Assembly: GCF_963921235.1 (NCBI RefSeq)
Contig: NC_086108.1
Span: 57,910,001 to 57,974,000, forward strand
Source of the DNA: Mobula hypostoma
Lineage: Eukaryota
Length of the DNA stretch: 64,000 nucleotides
Direction of reading: 5' to 3'
The notes below the pieces were generated by a model. It was given only the letters and a program-made list of their open reading frames with translations, had not been told where the DNA came from and made no database searches. Shown piece by piece: positions 63,625-64,000 of the stretch. How positions within the stretch are numbered: the stretch's first letter is position 1; every line of letters starts with the position of its first letter. Position numbers and translations under genes: made by a program.

Positions 63625-64000
63625 TTTATGCCATATTCTATGTTTATTTATAACTCTCCCAACTTAGTGTTCTGCTCACAGTATGGGCTCCTCTGCAATG
63701 AAGAGACCAGACTGAATCTGGGCTATCACTTTATGGAACAGCTCCATTTAGGTTGCAGGCATGATCCAAGATTTTTCATCACCTGTCATTTTAATTCCCT
63801 GTTTCACGCTCACAATGACCTATCCTGCGCCTCCTACATTTTTCTAGTGAAGCTCAATGTAAGTGCAATGGCAGTACATTATCTTTCTTCTGTTCCAACT
63901 AATCCCTGAAAATCAACTTTATTTCTCTCTCCACAGATGCTGCCCTTCTTGCTAAGTATTTCCTATCTTTTCTGTTTTTATTCCAAGTTAACAGCATTTC
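63625..64000 (+). mobile_element. Old Penelope-like fragment
   Basis: gggctcctctgcaatgaagagacc...cacctgtcattttaattcc...acagatgctgcc parallels the 3' half of the other Penelope-like copies. Confidence 0.45.

Noticed and set aside
45064..64000. Next LRRC7 exon (expected roughly LxKLRILELRENHLK)
   Set aside because: Not found by eye; probably beyond the window, though a short exon could have been missed.

Overview
Eukaryotic, repeat-dense vertebrate genomic DNA. The CR1, Penelope and V-SINE repertoire suggests a shark or ray (inference). The window carries four + strand coding exons of LRRC7/densin-180 (13907-14109, 36507-36624, 41671-41749, 44974-45063), which splice in frame to the N-terminal LRR region; I did not find the next exon. 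Most of the remaining sequence is nested transposable elements: (1) a structurally complete but nonsense-inactivated Ty3/Gypsy LTR element antisense to the gene (31655-36034; ATAC target-site duplication (TSD), tRNA-Trp primer binding site, G GGA AAC + hairpin -1 frameshift signal); (2) an internally deleted Academ-like DNA transposon (6495-8155; TAG...CTA ends, ~125-bp terminal inverted repeats (TIRs), TAT TSD) inside a near full-length CR1; (3) two CR1s with tandem CCAAT-bearing 5' monomers; (4) two copies of a Buster/Charlie hAT derivative that each carry the same captured CR1 tail; (5) Tc1 elements, Rex/Babar LINEs and SINEs; (6) Penelope-like elements with three copies of a minimal hammerhead-ribozyme motif showing stem covariation. 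Family names come from recognising motifs; no database search was run. Boundaries of decayed LINEs are approximate. I found no unequivocally new system; the best leads are the hammerhead motifs, the Academ derivative, the composite hAT and a candidate RBFOX-flanked cryptic exon.
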